Positions 18,725 through 28,623 are shown, counted from the stretch's first letter. The stretch: 64,000 bases of DNA from Chloroflexota bacterium (GCA_965221905.1 OZ244922.1:832001-896000), one strand, 5' to 3'. The notes: a model not told the origin generated them from the sequence alone. A program made the numbers and translations.

Positions 18725-19774
18725 CTAGGTGAGAGATACCGTCTGGCCGCTCTCGCCCGACTCATAGATCGCGTCCACGATCCGCTGCACAACCAGCGCC
18801 TCTTCCGCTTTGACCAGCGGCGGCGTGCCCTCCTTGACGTTTCTCACGACGTGGGCAAACTGCTCGATATGGGTATTCTCTCTGCCTTCCTCATGCGCAG
18901 GCGTGCAGTCAAGCAGTCCGGCATTGGGCACCTCTTTGAGAATCTTCAGCGGCCGCAACGTGGCGCCGCCCTCGGTGCCGCAAAGATACGCGTTCACTTC
19001 ACTCTCGATGTTGAGGGCCCAACTGGTCTCCAGATTGATGACGGCGCCGGTGTCGAAGCGGATTTGCGCCGTGGCAAAGTCTTCTACGGTGTACCGTTCC
19101 GGATCTACGGGATTACGTCGGGTATACAAGCCCGGTCGCTTCGCCAGTTTTGTAAAAACAGCGCCCGTAACTGCCGTGGGCGTTGGGTGTCCCATCAGCC
19201 ATAGCGTGAGATCGAGCGTGTGGACGCCAATATCGATCAGTGGGCCGCCGCCGTTCTTGTCCTTCTCAATGAACACGCCCCAGGTGGGAATGCCCCGCCG
19301 CCGCAACGCCAGTACGCGCGCATAATAAATCTCGCCCAGTTCGCCTTGCTCGATAAGGTGCTTGAGAAACTGTGCGCGTTCGCCAAAGCGCGACTGGAAG
19401 CCGATAGTGAGCATCTTGCCATTCTGCTGTGCTGCGGCGATCATCTCTTCGCCCTCAGCCGCATTCATCGCCATGGGCTTCTCGCAGATGACGTTCACGC
19501 CCGCGTTGAGCGCAGCCACCGACGCGGCGCAGTGCAGAAACGGCGGCGTGCATACGCTTACCAAGTCCAAGTCTTCCTGCGTGACCATCTCGTTGTAGTC
19601 GGCGTAAACCTTGGAAATCCCGAATTCGTCCGCGACCTCTTGCGCACGGGGCTCATCGATATCACTGATAGCCACCACCGTGGCTTCATCGGGAATCTTT
19701 GCGTACCCCGGCAGGTGGGCGCCGCGGGCGATGCCACCGGCTCCGATAACGCCGACCCGCACCTTTGTACCCAT
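18725..19774 (-). CDS. Gfo/Idh/MocA oxidoreductase
   Basis: GVIGAGGIA, CEKPMA, GGGPLIDIGVH. Confidence 0.9.
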   Translation of the reverse strand: MGTKVRVGVIGAGGIARGAHLPGYAKIPDEATVVAISDIDEPRAQEVADEFGISKVYADYNEMVTQEDLDLVSVCTPPFLHCAASVAALNAGVNVICEKPMAMNAAEGEEMIAAAQQNGKMLTIGFQSRFGERAQFLKHLIEQGELGEIYYARVLALRRRGIPTWGVFIEKDKNGGGPLIDIGVHTLDLTLWLMGHPTPTAVTGAVFTKLAKRPGLYTRRNPVDPERYTVEDFATAQIRFDTGAVINLETSWALNIESEVNAYLCGTEGGATLRPLKILKEVPNAGLLDCTPAHEEGRENTHIEQFAHVVRNVKEGTPPLVKAEEALVVQRIVDAIYESGESGQTVSLT

Positions 19775-19883
19775 TGCACTCTCCTCTTTCATTTCCAGGC
19801 AAATTGCGCGTTAATCTAGTATACATTGACGCAGCCCCAGCCGCCCCGTACGATGACTTTAGAAGCAACGATTGGGAAAGCAC

Positions 19884-21059
19884 ATGATTCTCCTTGCCGG
19901 CGGTACAGTCTACACGCCTCTGCAGCAGCTCCCGCAGACCGGCGTCGCCATTGACGACGGCCGCATCGCGCGGGTGGCTCCCGCTGACGCGTTCGCGGAC
20001 TTTGCCGGACCTGCGGAGACGATCGACGTATCCGACTGCATCGTCTGTCCCGGCTTTATCGATATGCACGTGCATGGGGCCTTAGGGGCCTCATTCCGCA
20101 CGAATGCAGTGGAAGACGTGCATAAGATCTGCGCGTACCGGGCAGAGACAGGCACAACCGGACTGCTCGCGACGGTGGGCACGGCATCATGGGAGCATTC
20201 AGTCACGGCGTTACGGACAATTGTGGATGCCGCGTCTACCCCCATCGGATCACAGATTCTTGGCGTGCACATGGAGGGGCCCTATCTCAGTCCTGACCGC
20301 CGGGGGGCCATGCGCGTTGAACTCATGCGTACGCCCGATAAAGACGAGGTCACAACGCTCCAAGACATTGCGCAGGGGATGATCAAGGTGATGACCGTCG
20401 CGCCGGAGCGTGAAGGGGGCTTAGGGCTGGTAGAGCACCTCGCCTCCATGGGCATTGTTCCCGCAATCGGTCACTCCGACGCCACGTTTGCCCAGGTGGC
20501 GGCAGCAGTCGCCAGCGGGGTCAGCCAGGCGACACATACGTTCAATGCGATGCGTCCGCTCCACCATCGCGATCCCGGCACCGTCGGCGGTGTGATGGCG
20601 CACGCGGAAATCACCGCCGAGTTGATCGGCGACGGCGCCCACGTAGACTCTCAAGCAGGCAAATTGCTCGTCACGGCGAAGGGCTGGGAGCGTGTCGCCC
20701 TCGTTACCGACGGCGTCGAGTTCTCCGGTTTGCCTCCGGGTACCTATCAAAGGGCGAGCGGCGTCACGGTAACGGTCTCGGACGTGTTGGGCACGCGGGA
20801 CGATGGTACGATCACGGGAAGCGCGTCTTCAATGAATCGCAATGTCAGTGTATACGCGGAGGCCGGCATACCCCTGCCGCATGTGCTTGCTATGGCTAGT
20901 CTTGTTCCGGCCGGGCAACTCGGTTTGAGTAACCGAAAAGGCACAATACGCCCCGGCGCTGATGCCGATATCGCCGTGCTCAGTAGGGACTTTCGCGTCA
21001 TGCTGACGATAATTGGCGGTAAGGTCGTGTACCGCGCGCCGGAGTTTTCACCAGGGTAG
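19884..21059 (+). CDS. nagA: N-acetylglucosamine-6-phosphate deacetylase
   Basis: PGFIDMHVHG, GVHMEGPY, GHSDAT, THTFNAM, LVTDG motifs. Confidence 0.92.
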   Translation: MILLAGGTVYTPLQQLPQTGVAIDDGRIARVAPADAFADFAGPAETIDVSDCIVCPGFIDMHVHGALGASFRTNAVEDVHKICAYRAETGTTGLLATVGTASWEHSVTALRTIVDAASTPIGSQILGVHMEGPYLSPDRRGAMRVELMRTPDKDEVTTLQDIAQGMIKVMTVAPEREGGLGLVEHLASMGIVPAIGHSDATFAQVAAAVASGVSQATHTFNAMRPLHHRDPGTVGGVMAHAEITAELIGDGAHVDSQAGKLLVTAKGWERVALVTDGVEFSGLPPGTYQRASGVTVTVSDVLGTRDDGTITGSASSMNRNVSVYAEAGIPLPHVLAMASLVPAGQLGLSNRKGTIRPGADADIAVLSRDFRVMLTIIGGKVVYRAPEFSPG

Positions 21060-21064
21060 TAACC

Positions 21065-22009
21065 ATGACGGGAATCGGCGTAGACATTGGCGGCACCAAA
21101 GTCGCTGTGGGTATTGTGGACGATTGCGGCGACATGCTGGCGACGGCACGCGGGCCGATCGTAAAGGATGCGCATGCCACGATCATGGAGAGCATTTGCA
21201 CTGTCGTCGACGACGTGCTCGCGCAAGCGGCCGAGCGGCCGAGCGCCATTGGTGTTGCCGTGCCCGGCACAGTTGATCGCGACCGGGGCATTGCGGTTTC
21301 TGCGGTCAACGTCGGCTGGCGAAACCTGCCGCTTGTTGCGCTCTTGCAGGAGCGGTACGATCTGCCGGGTGTTGTCGCGAATGACGCGAATTCGGGCGCC
21401 TGGGGCGAATTTGTGTTCGGCACGGGCAAGTATATGCAGAATTTGGTGTATATTACCGTTGGCACGGGCATCGGCGGCGGCATCATAGATGCCGGACGGG
21501 TGATGCGAGGTAGCGGTGCTGCGGGCGAAATCGGCCATATTCTGGTAAACCCAGGCGGTCCGCTCTGCAACTGCGGCGTACACGGCTGTTTGGAGTCGCT
21601 GGCTGCCGGGCCCGGCATCGCGCGGCGTGGCCGCAAGGCGGCGGCTGCCGAACCAACGGACATAGTCCATCGCCTCACCGGTGGGAACATAGATAGCTTG
21701 ACAAGCTTCACCGTGCACGACGCCGCCGAAGCGGGCGATCCGGTGATGCAAGCCGTGCGCGACGATACAGCCCGCTGGCTTGCCATAGGCTGCCAGATTT
21801 CCCAGCAGCTTTTCGCGCCGGAGTGTATTGTGTTTGCCGGTGGCGTGATGCAGGACGGCGGAATCCTGATCCAGGGGACTCGCGATTGGTTTCAGCGTCT
21901 TGCCGGGAGCCCGCACCCTGACATAGAGTCCTTTATCCGGCTCGCCGCGGAAAGTGAGCATGCTGGAATCGTGGGTGCAGCAGCGCTCGTCCTCCAACCG
22001 GAGGACTGA
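21065..22009 (+). CDS. ROK family sugar kinase (likely GlcNAc/glucose kinase)
   Basis: GVDIGGTK, NDAN, GTGIGGG, GEIGH..CNCG..GCLE; no N-terminal HTH; adjacent to nagA. Confidence 0.88.
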   Translation: MTGIGVDIGGTKVAVGIVDDCGDMLATARGPIVKDAHATIMESICTVVDDVLAQAAERPSAIGVAVPGTVDRDRGIAVSAVNVGWRNLPLVALLQERYDLPGVVANDANSGAWGEFVFGTGKYMQNLVYITVGTGIGGGIIDAGRVMRGSGAAGEIGHILVNPGGPLCNCGVHGCLESLAAGPGIARRGRKAAAAEPTDIVHRLTGGNIDSLTSFTVHDAAEAGDPVMQAVRDDTARWLAIGCQISQQLFAPECIVFAGGVMQDGGILIQGTRDWFQRLAGSPHPDIESFIRLAAESEHAGIVGAAALVLQPED

Positions 22010-22333
22010 ACATAGAGGTTGCAGTAAGCCCGCGGCACAGCGGTCTTTCCCCATGCGCACGTTCTAGCTCATCTTTGCCATCGCGCCGCATCTCGCTTTG
22101 CCCCTGCCCAGCGGCGTCGCGTGCGCACTTCCGGAAACTAAGAGTCCTACCCCTTTCAATCCTTGCTTTCAGATCTACTGTAGCGCGTAGGTACTCCGGC
22201 GCATGTAACCTTGGAATGCCAGCAGAGCCTTCGCGCCACGCGGCAAAGCAACGTAGTAGCTGCGCGCCCGTAGCTGCCACGGTCGATTTGCACAGACCTC
22301 ATCGCCCGTTGCTACTATGTAAGGGAAAGCCCG

Positions 22334-22807
22334 ATGATTCGATTTAGCCATACAGTGATTCCTTATCCCGCGCGCGCGGAGAGCATCGTTCTGCTCGCTC
22401 TGTTGGCCGCGCTCATTCTCATCGCCTGTGGGGCGCGCGGGGAACAGACCGGCGGACTCGACGTGACCGTTGTTTCTGCGTCACCCGACCCGGCAACGGT
22501 GGGCGATGCCGTGATCACCCTGGAAATTCGCGATGCGGACGGTAATCCGGTTGAAGGCGCAACCATCGAGGTGGAAGGCACCATGACCCACGCAGGCATG
22601 AAGCCGGTCATCGTAGAGACTAAGTCCCTCGGTGAGGGCAAGTACGCTACCAAGGACTTCAAATTCACAATGGGCGGCGACTGGGTCCTTATCGTGCGTG
22701 CCACGCTCGCCGACGGCAGCACGGCTGCGCAGCAGGTTGATCTGAAGGGTGTGCAGGGCGAGATGAAGATGGAAATGAAGTCCGACAAAGCCAAGGAAGG
22801 CAACTAG
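22334..22807 (+). CDS. FixH/YtkA-like lipoprotein
   Basis: Lipobox LIAC, MTHAGM metal-type motif, F.MGGDW; Met-rich tail. Confidence 0.7.
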   Translation: MIRFSHTVIPYPARAESIVLLALLAALILIACGARGEQTGGLDVTVVSASPDPATVGDAVITLEIRDADGNPVEGATIEVEGTMTHAGMKPVIVETKSLGEGKYATKDFKFTMGGDWVLIVRATLADGSTAAQQVDLKGVQGEMKMEMKSDKAKEGN

Positions 22808-23455
22808 CCGTGGCCGTGCTGCGGACCCCACAGAAAGGGCAGCGGGATCTCCTCAACCTACCCGTTATCGGACGCTTCCTGCGCTGGAAGCATGCCCGCA
22901 CGTCCATGCAGGCAGTGCTCCTGGCAGTGTCGGCCCTGATCCTCTATGATGGTTTCTGGGGTCCGCAGCTTGCGTCAAAGAACCTCGCGGGCGTGCTCCC
23001 GTGGGTGCATTGGCGCGGCTTCGTGGTGCTGGCTCTGCTGGTAGCAGGCAACCTCTTCTGTATGGCGTGCCCGTTCATGCTGCCGCGCCGCTTAGCCAAG
23101 AAGCTCCTGCCCGCCAATCGCCTGGCCCAAGTTCATCCGCAGCAAGTGGCTGGCAATCGGCGTGCTTTTGGTCTTCTTCTGGGCGTACGAGGCCTTCGAC
23201 CTCTGGGCGAGCCCGTGGCTTACCGCCTGGGTGGTGCTTACGTACTTTGTCGCCGCCTTTGCGATAGACGGCATCTTCCAAGGCGCAGCTTTCTGCAAGT
23301 ACGTCTGTCACATCGGACAGTTCCACTTCGTCCATAGCATGGTGTCGCCGCTGGAGGTCAAGGTGCGCCAGCCTGCCATCTGCGGCACGTGCACAACGAA
23401 AGACTGCATCAAAGGGCGCTACAGCCAAAAGCCGGAGCAAAGTATGCTCCGTCAT

Positions 23456-24446
23456 GGTGGATTCACATTTCAAGTGCAACGTTTGTTTGAGGAATACTTC
23501 TGTTGGGGTTTGATAGTCAAGGCACTTGCGTGGCGTGTGATTGTAGGCTTGGATAAGTTGCGCAAAGCGCTCTGCAGACATCTCCGCCAGGTCGGTCTTG
23601 CGCGGCAGCACCCGCCGCATGCGTCCGATGGCGTTCTCAATGCCTCCTTGTCTGCCACGGCGCGTGGGTGTCGCAGAAGAAGGTCTGGATGCCCAAGTCA
23701 TGGAGATGGTAATGACGCGCGAACTCGGTGCCGTTGTCGAAGGTGACGGTCTGTCGCCACGCTTCAGGCAAGACCGCGAGCAGATCGTGCATGGCAGCGG
23801 CGATGGGCTCTGCCGCCTTGCCGGGCTGGCGCGCAGCGATGAGCAAGCGCGAGTGGCGCTCGTGCAGGGCGAGCACCGCGTGGCCGCCTCTGCCAAAGAG
23901 CATCAGGTCAGCCTCCCAGTGGCCGGGGGTTTGGCGGTCGGCGGCCGCCTGGGGACGTTCCGCCAGTGGACGGCGCTTGGCAATGAAGGAGGCCGGACTG
24001 CGCCCACTGCGCCGATGGGGCCGCCGTTGCGCCTTGCCTCGCGGCAGGTACTGCCGCCAACTGTAGTCCTTGGTGCGCGCCACCTGTCCGTATATGAAAC
24101 GATAGATGGTCTCGTGGGAGATGACCGGTGCTCCCGCTTTCTGCGCCATGTGTCCCGCCACCTGCTCCGGCGACCAGCCGCATTGCAAGTACTCCAGCAC
24201 GGTCTTGCGCAACGCAGCATCCCGTTCCAGCTTGCCGCCAACCCAGCGCCGCGCCCACGCCTGTTCATCGGCATACCCCGCTTGGTAGCCCTGCGTACGA
24301 GACCCATTGCGTTTCACCTCCCGCATAATGGTCGATGGCGCGCGATCCAGAGCTGCAGCAATTTGCCGGTACGAGTGCCCCGCGGTGTGAAGTCGGGCCA
24401 GTTCACACCGCTCTTCAATGGAAAGTTGACTGTACTGTGTTCCCAT
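23456..24446 (-). pseudogene. IS30 transposase, frameshifted
   Basis: ORF 23637-24446 ends prematurely; C-terminal GGIENAIGRMRR..PRKCLDYQTP lies in the frame of ORF 23075-23896. Confidence 0.88.
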
Positions 24447-24490
24447 GGCAACACCTTAGCATGGTGTTGCACTTCGTTTGTGAGTCTAGC
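23456..24490 (-). mobile_element. IS30-family insertion sequence (1035 bp) with frameshifted transposase
   Basis: Imperfect 25-bp IRs (GGTGGATTCACATTTCAAGTGCAAC / GTTGCACTTCGTTTGTGAGTCTAGC); transposase HTH, GHWEAD, TFDNGTEF, then a +1 frameshift near 23650 splitting PWQ/KGGIEN. Confidence 0.92.
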
Positions 24491-24639
24491 GAATCCAGGT
24501 ATCCAGGAGCAACTTCCCCAAACGCCCGAGCCGCCTCAGCCCCGTCAATCCTGGGTAAAGAAACAAATGCGTGACTTCCTCTATCCGATGGACTCGGGCC
24601 GGGCTGCGGGTAATCACCCTCACCCTAACCCTCTCCCTC

Positions 24640-24903
24640 TGTATAGACCGGGCACATGGGTTACACCAAGAGACATAGGGTTTTTGTAGAAGAGAATGGC
24701 CATGCCATGGAAGATTAATACAGTCAATGTCGTTGTGCAAATAGGTTGTGGCCCAGGCACAAGCTAACGTGTTGAACACGAGCGCATTGTGTCGTCTTGA
24801 ACGTCTTCTTCTCGGACCAACCTATAACATCCATAGATCTCAGGGAGCAAATTGTGTAACCCATGTCCCCGAACAACTGTTACCTATGTCCCCAGTCTGT
24901 ACA
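24640..24903 (+). mobile_element. Internally deleted IS481-family element (MITE, 264 bp) with 5-bp target duplication CCCTC
   Basis: TGT...ACA ends (TGTATAGACCGGGCACATGGGTTACA / TGTTACCTATGTCCCCAGTCTGTACA), tandem end repeats, residual MPWK start at 24702; CCCTC at 24635-24639 and 24904-24908. Confidence 0.85.
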
Positions 24904-24992
24904 CCCTCAAGGGAGAGGGGATCCCTACACTTCAGAACAGGGCAGTGCTAAGGTCTCCGCAGGTGAGAACTCAGGCGATGAGCCTGCCCTCC

Positions 24993-25090
24993 GTCATTCC
25001 GGCGAAAGCCGGAATCCAGACGACATGGACAAGCCCTTCCAAGCGCCAGAACGACGTCTGCTCCGTCATTCCCGCGAAAGTGGGAATCCA
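24993..25090 (+). repeat. Two GTCATTCC-type REP palindromes in frame inside the 4Fe-4S gene
   Basis: GTCATTCCGGCGAAAGCCGGAATCCA (24993-25018) and GTCATTCCCGCGAAAGTGGGAATCCA (25065-25090), read as RHSGESRNP and RHSRESGNP. Confidence 0.85.
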
Positions 25091-26055
25091 TCTTCCAGGG
25101 AGCAGCAACGCCAAGCGGCTATGTCCGCCGAATCCCAGTCTCCTCCTCAAACGGGGCGAGAAGCGTCTGTCCCAACCGGACTTCAACTCGTGCAATCCGG
25201 CTGCGAGCTGTGGCTCTTCCAAGAACGCAAGGTCGGCAACATGGACTGCACGTTCTGCCTGGACTGCATCCAGGCGTGCCCCTACGACAACGTCGGCATC
25301 CAGTTACGCGCGCCCACCAGTGAGTTTCGCCGCTTGCAGGAGTGGCACTCCGGCGTGGGCACGCTGGTAAAACGCACTGACATAGCGGCGCTGGTGATTG
25401 TGCTCGTATTCGCGGCGTTCGTAAACGCCTTTGGGATGGTGGCGCCGGTCTACGTCCTGGAACAATGGCTGGCCGCGCTGCTCGGCATCCGCAGTGAGCC
25501 AATGGTGCTTGGCGTGGTCTTTCTTGTGGGGCTGATAGCGTTGCCGTTCGTGCTTGTTACCCTTGCCGCTTGGTCGAGCCGTGCGCTTGTCGGCGGAACC
25601 GAGCCGCTGGGCTCGACCGTAACGCGCTACAGTTTCGCCCTCGTTCCCATTGGCTTTGGGATGTGGCTTGCGCACTACGGCTTTCACTTGTTTATCGGCG
25701 CCCTAACCGCTGTTCCCGTGATGCAAAGTTTCTTGGCTGACTTTGGATTGCCAATTCTGGGCGATCCACGCTGGGAGCTGGCTGCCGTCGTGCCCGACTC
25801 CTGGCTGGTGCCGCTGGAACTCCTGCTGCTGGAGCTCGGCATGCTCGTCTCACTGACCATCGGCTACCGCATTGCGAAAGAACAGCAAGGCGCAGTGTCG
25901 AAGGCCATACGCGCTCTCTTGCCGTGGGCAGTTCTAATCGTCGCTCTGTTCTTTACCGGAGCCTGGCTGATGACGCAACCGATGGAAATGCGGGGTACGA
26001 TTCTCGGATAGATCGCGCTAAGCCCAAACGCAATAGTACGTTCGTGCCTTAGGAG

Positions 26056-26199
26056 GCGACCTTTGAGTAACTCGGTCTTTGCGGCGAAAGCCGGAAATCA
26101 GGGGGAGGCGGGAAGTGTACAGAAACTTGCCGTGAAGTCCTTTTCACCCCCATCCCGACCTTCCCCCGTCAAGGGGGAAGGGGCTTCGCAGAATTCTCC
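26056..26199. mobile_element. Degenerate REP-containing MITE-like unit
   Basis: Left end GCGACCTTTGAGTAAC resembles the 61974 element; contains two REP remnants; TAGGAG on both sides. Confidence 0.4.
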
Positions 26200-26222
26200 T
26201 AGGAGGTAGAGATAACAACCCA

Positions 26223-26471
26223 ATGGCAGCCCGTCGCTCGCAATTCTCTTGGCTCATGGCCGGACTTGGGAAGAGTCATGGCAAGGCCGGCCATTTGCGC
26301 CCGCTCGCGCTTGGAGTTCCGCTAGCCACGCTTTCGGCCCCGCTGGAGCACGGCGCGTTGGGCGTGTGGGACGAGGTGGCCGTGGGAGCGGTCCTGATCG
26401 GCTGCGCAATCGCGTATGCGATTTGGTTCTACCTCAGCGGACGTAAGGAAGGGCCGCAGGACAAAGAGTAG
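26223..26471 (+). CDS. Small single-TM membrane protein
   Basis: HGALGVWDE then a TM helix; AGGAGG upstream; follows the FixH/FesM-like genes. Confidence 0.5.
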   Translation: MAARRSQFSWLMAGLGKSHGKAGHLRPLALGVPLATLSAPLEHGALGVWDEVAVGAVLIGCAIAYAIWFYLSGRKEGPQDKE

Positions 26472-26575
26472 GTAATACCACGAATTGTCAGGCCTTATTC
26501 TTGAATGAGATTTGGCCGATACGTCAGCAATTGCCTCCCGCTCTTTGCCGTACGAGCATGCAAGACTTCGAAGGC

Positions 26576-26871
26576 GTCATTCCGGCGAAAGCTGAAATCC
26601 ATCTTCGCTGCATTTTTGTACTTCCACTCACCATCAAGTTCGTGGCAAGTGCTCCATCGCAATTACCAAAACCGTAGAGGCACGACATGTCGTGCCTCTA
26701 CTCTTCCCGTTCATGCTTCGACAGGGGCTTCGCGCAGCCCTCAGTACGAACAGGGGCAAACGCAGACTTTGGTGAGGCCAGGGGCGGGGGGCAAGCCCCC
26801 GCTCTACAAAAGATGAAGCGGCACAAATTCTGCCAGACCCGCGCAAGCGAGAATCTGTAGGGGTGCACCCT
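26576..26871. repeat. Cluster of REP-like palindromes between convergent genes
   Basis: GTCATTCC-type (26576-26601), perfect 28-bp GTAGAGGCACGACATGTCGTGCCTCTAC (26674-26701), CTTCGACA..CTCAG-type (~26707-26753) and further GC hairpins. Confidence 0.75.
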
Positions 26872-26907
26872 TCAAGTCTCAGTCCGTGTCCTTTCGATTG
26901 AGACCGC

Positions 26908-28623
26908 TTAGCGCCGCCACTCGGCGATATTCCACGTCTCGCTATCCCAGTAGTTGATGCGGACACCGTGCAGCGTATTTAAGGTAGCGGAAATTGAATT
27001 CCGGTTGACCAGCGGAATCTGGTAGTAGCTCTGCACAATGATGTCGTTTAGCCGCTTCACCAGCGCCTCGCGCTCCGGTCCGATTGGGGTTTGGGCGAGT
27101 AGGGCAAAGGTTGCATCGTACTCCGCATTGCACATGCGGGCGTTATTGCCGCTGGACCAACCGTTGTCACGTGTCTGGACATTACTGCAAAGTCCACGTG
27201 AGAGATACTGCTGAGGATCTACGCCGGAATTTGCAGTGTACATTTGCACGTCCGCGAAGAAACGACGGTACGACTCCTCCTCGTGGACCGCCGGGTCGCC
27301 GCCAAAGAAGAGGTCGGCGTCGTGCTGAATGAGCACGGTCTCGATACCAATCTCCCGCCACCACTCTTGGATAAGGGCTTGGGTAGCCTGCCTGATGTCG
27401 TTTTCGGTGGTCTGGTACGTGATCCGCAACGGAACGCCATTGTATTCGCGGATGCCATCGCCATCGCTGTCGACGACGCCGTTTTCATCCAAAAGCTGCT
27501 TGGCGCCGGCAATGTCTTGCAGCAGACAGTCTTGATTCGCAGTCGAAATGTATTTGAGGGGAGACGCGACCACATTGCACTCGGGCACTGCGGTGAAGCC
27601 ATAGACTTCCGCAGCGATGAGGGTGCGGTCTATCGCCATGGACTTCGCCTGGGTGATGGGCGAAAACGTCAAGAACGGGTGGGGGTTCTGTCCGTCCAGG
27701 TACTCAGAGCGATCGTCGCCCAGCGCGGGGTCCGGATTGGTCTGGTTGATGACGATGCGCTCGACATGAGCGGAGATAACCGCAGTATTAGCCTTCCCAA
27801 GTCCCTTGGCTTCCATCTCCAGCAAAACGTCCGGCTTCACCTGCAAGTTCCAGGCATAATCGACTTCACCCTTTTCCAAGACGGACTGCGCTGCCGCAAG
27901 CGCATCCCCTCCACCCAGCAGTACGATTCGGTCGAAATAGACCGGCTCGCCGTGGTAGAAGGGATTGCGCTCGTATGTCGCCCCTTCGTTTGGCACAAAT
28001 GTCACGAGCCGGTAGGGTCCGGTGCCCAGAGGAAGGGCATTTTGATCTTCACAAGTTCTGGCAGCGGCGCCGACACAACCGGCAAACTGTGCCGCACTGA
28101 TGATGGGCGCGTCACCGCTGACAAACGCTGTGTAGGGATAGGGCGTAGGCTTATCGAAAGTTATGGTAACCGTATGGTCGTCCAGAGCTTCAATGGAGGC
28201 AATATTGGCAAATGAATCACCCTTCGTGCAGCCGGTACCCTCATCTGCACAGTAGCGCCACGTGAATATCACGTCCTCCGCAGTCATGGCGCTGCCGTCC
28301 GACCAGCGCACTCCTTGTTTCAGCTTCCACGTAATTGTCAACAGATCTTCCGAAACGCCGCCATTCTCAAGTGTGGGGATTTCAACGGCAAGCTTCGGCG
28401 CCAAGTTGCCATCCGGATCGTAATTCGCCAAAGGCTCCAAGGTAATTGCGCCCGCGTCCCTATCCTTGAAGCCGCCGGTCAGGTACGGGAACGGCAGGGA
28501 AGGCGCTTGCCAGTAGCGCATGGTTAAGACTTGCTCTTCCTCCGGCGCTTCGCCTTCGCCGCCGCAAGCAACGAGCAGGAGCGCGATGAGGGTAGTAAAT
28601 GCGAGAGCCAAAGAACGATACAT
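26908..28623 (-). CDS. Peptide/nickel ABC transporter substrate-binding lipoprotein (family 5, orphan)
   Basis: Lipobox LVAC, GVRWSDGSAMTAEDV, LGTGPY. Confidence 0.88.
   Translation of the reverse strand: MYRSLALAFTTLIALLLVACGGEGEAPEEEQVLTMRYWQAPSLPFPYLTGGFKDRDAGAITLEPLANYDPDGNLAPKLAVEIPTLENGGVSEDLLTITWKLKQGVRWSDGSAMTAEDVIFTWRYCADEGTGCTKGDSFANIASIEALDDHTVTITFDKPTPYPYTAFVSGDAPIISAAQFAGCVGAAARTCEDQNALPLGTGPYRLVTFVPNEGATYERNPFYHGEPVYFDRIVLLGGGDALAAAQSVLEKGEVDYAWNLQVKPDVLLEMEAKGLGKANTAVISAHVERIVINQTNPDPALGDDRSEYLDGQNPHPFLTFSPITQAKSMAIDRTLIAAEVYGFTAVPECNVVASPLKYISTANQDCLLQDIAGAKQLLDENGVVDSDGDGIREYNGVPLRITYQTTENDIRQATQALIQEWWREIGIETVLIQHDADLFFGGDPAVHEEESYRRFFADVQMYTANSGVDPQQYLSRGLCSNVQTRDNGWSSGNNARMCNAEYDATFALLAQTPIGPEREALVKRLNDIIVQSYYQIPLVNRNSISATLNTLHGVRINYWDSETWNIAEWRR

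Larger units (their letters stand above)
22810..26011 (+). pseudogene. FesM-like 4Fe-4S binding membrane protein, disrupted by a frameshift (~23122), an IS30 (23456-24490) and an IS481-derived MITE (24640-24903)
   Basis: Pieces in ORFs 22810-, 23162- and 24863-: GNLFCMACP, FCKYVCHIG, CGTCTTKDC, GCELWLF..DCTFCLDCIQACP, QPMEMRG. Confidence 0.85.

Noticed and set aside
20747-22060. Long antisense ORFs (also 28531-29661, 42410-43486, 27244-28215 and others)
   Set aside because: Shadow frames of well-supported genes, expected in GC-rich DNA.
23075-23896. 273-aa minus-strand ORF as a separate gene
   Set aside because: Composite of the frameshifted IS30 C-terminus and read-through antisense to the Fe-S gene.
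23598-24689. 363-aa plus-strand ORF
   Set aside because: Mostly antisense to the IS30 transposase; only its last ~50 codons before the MITE belong to the reconstructed Fe-S gene loop.
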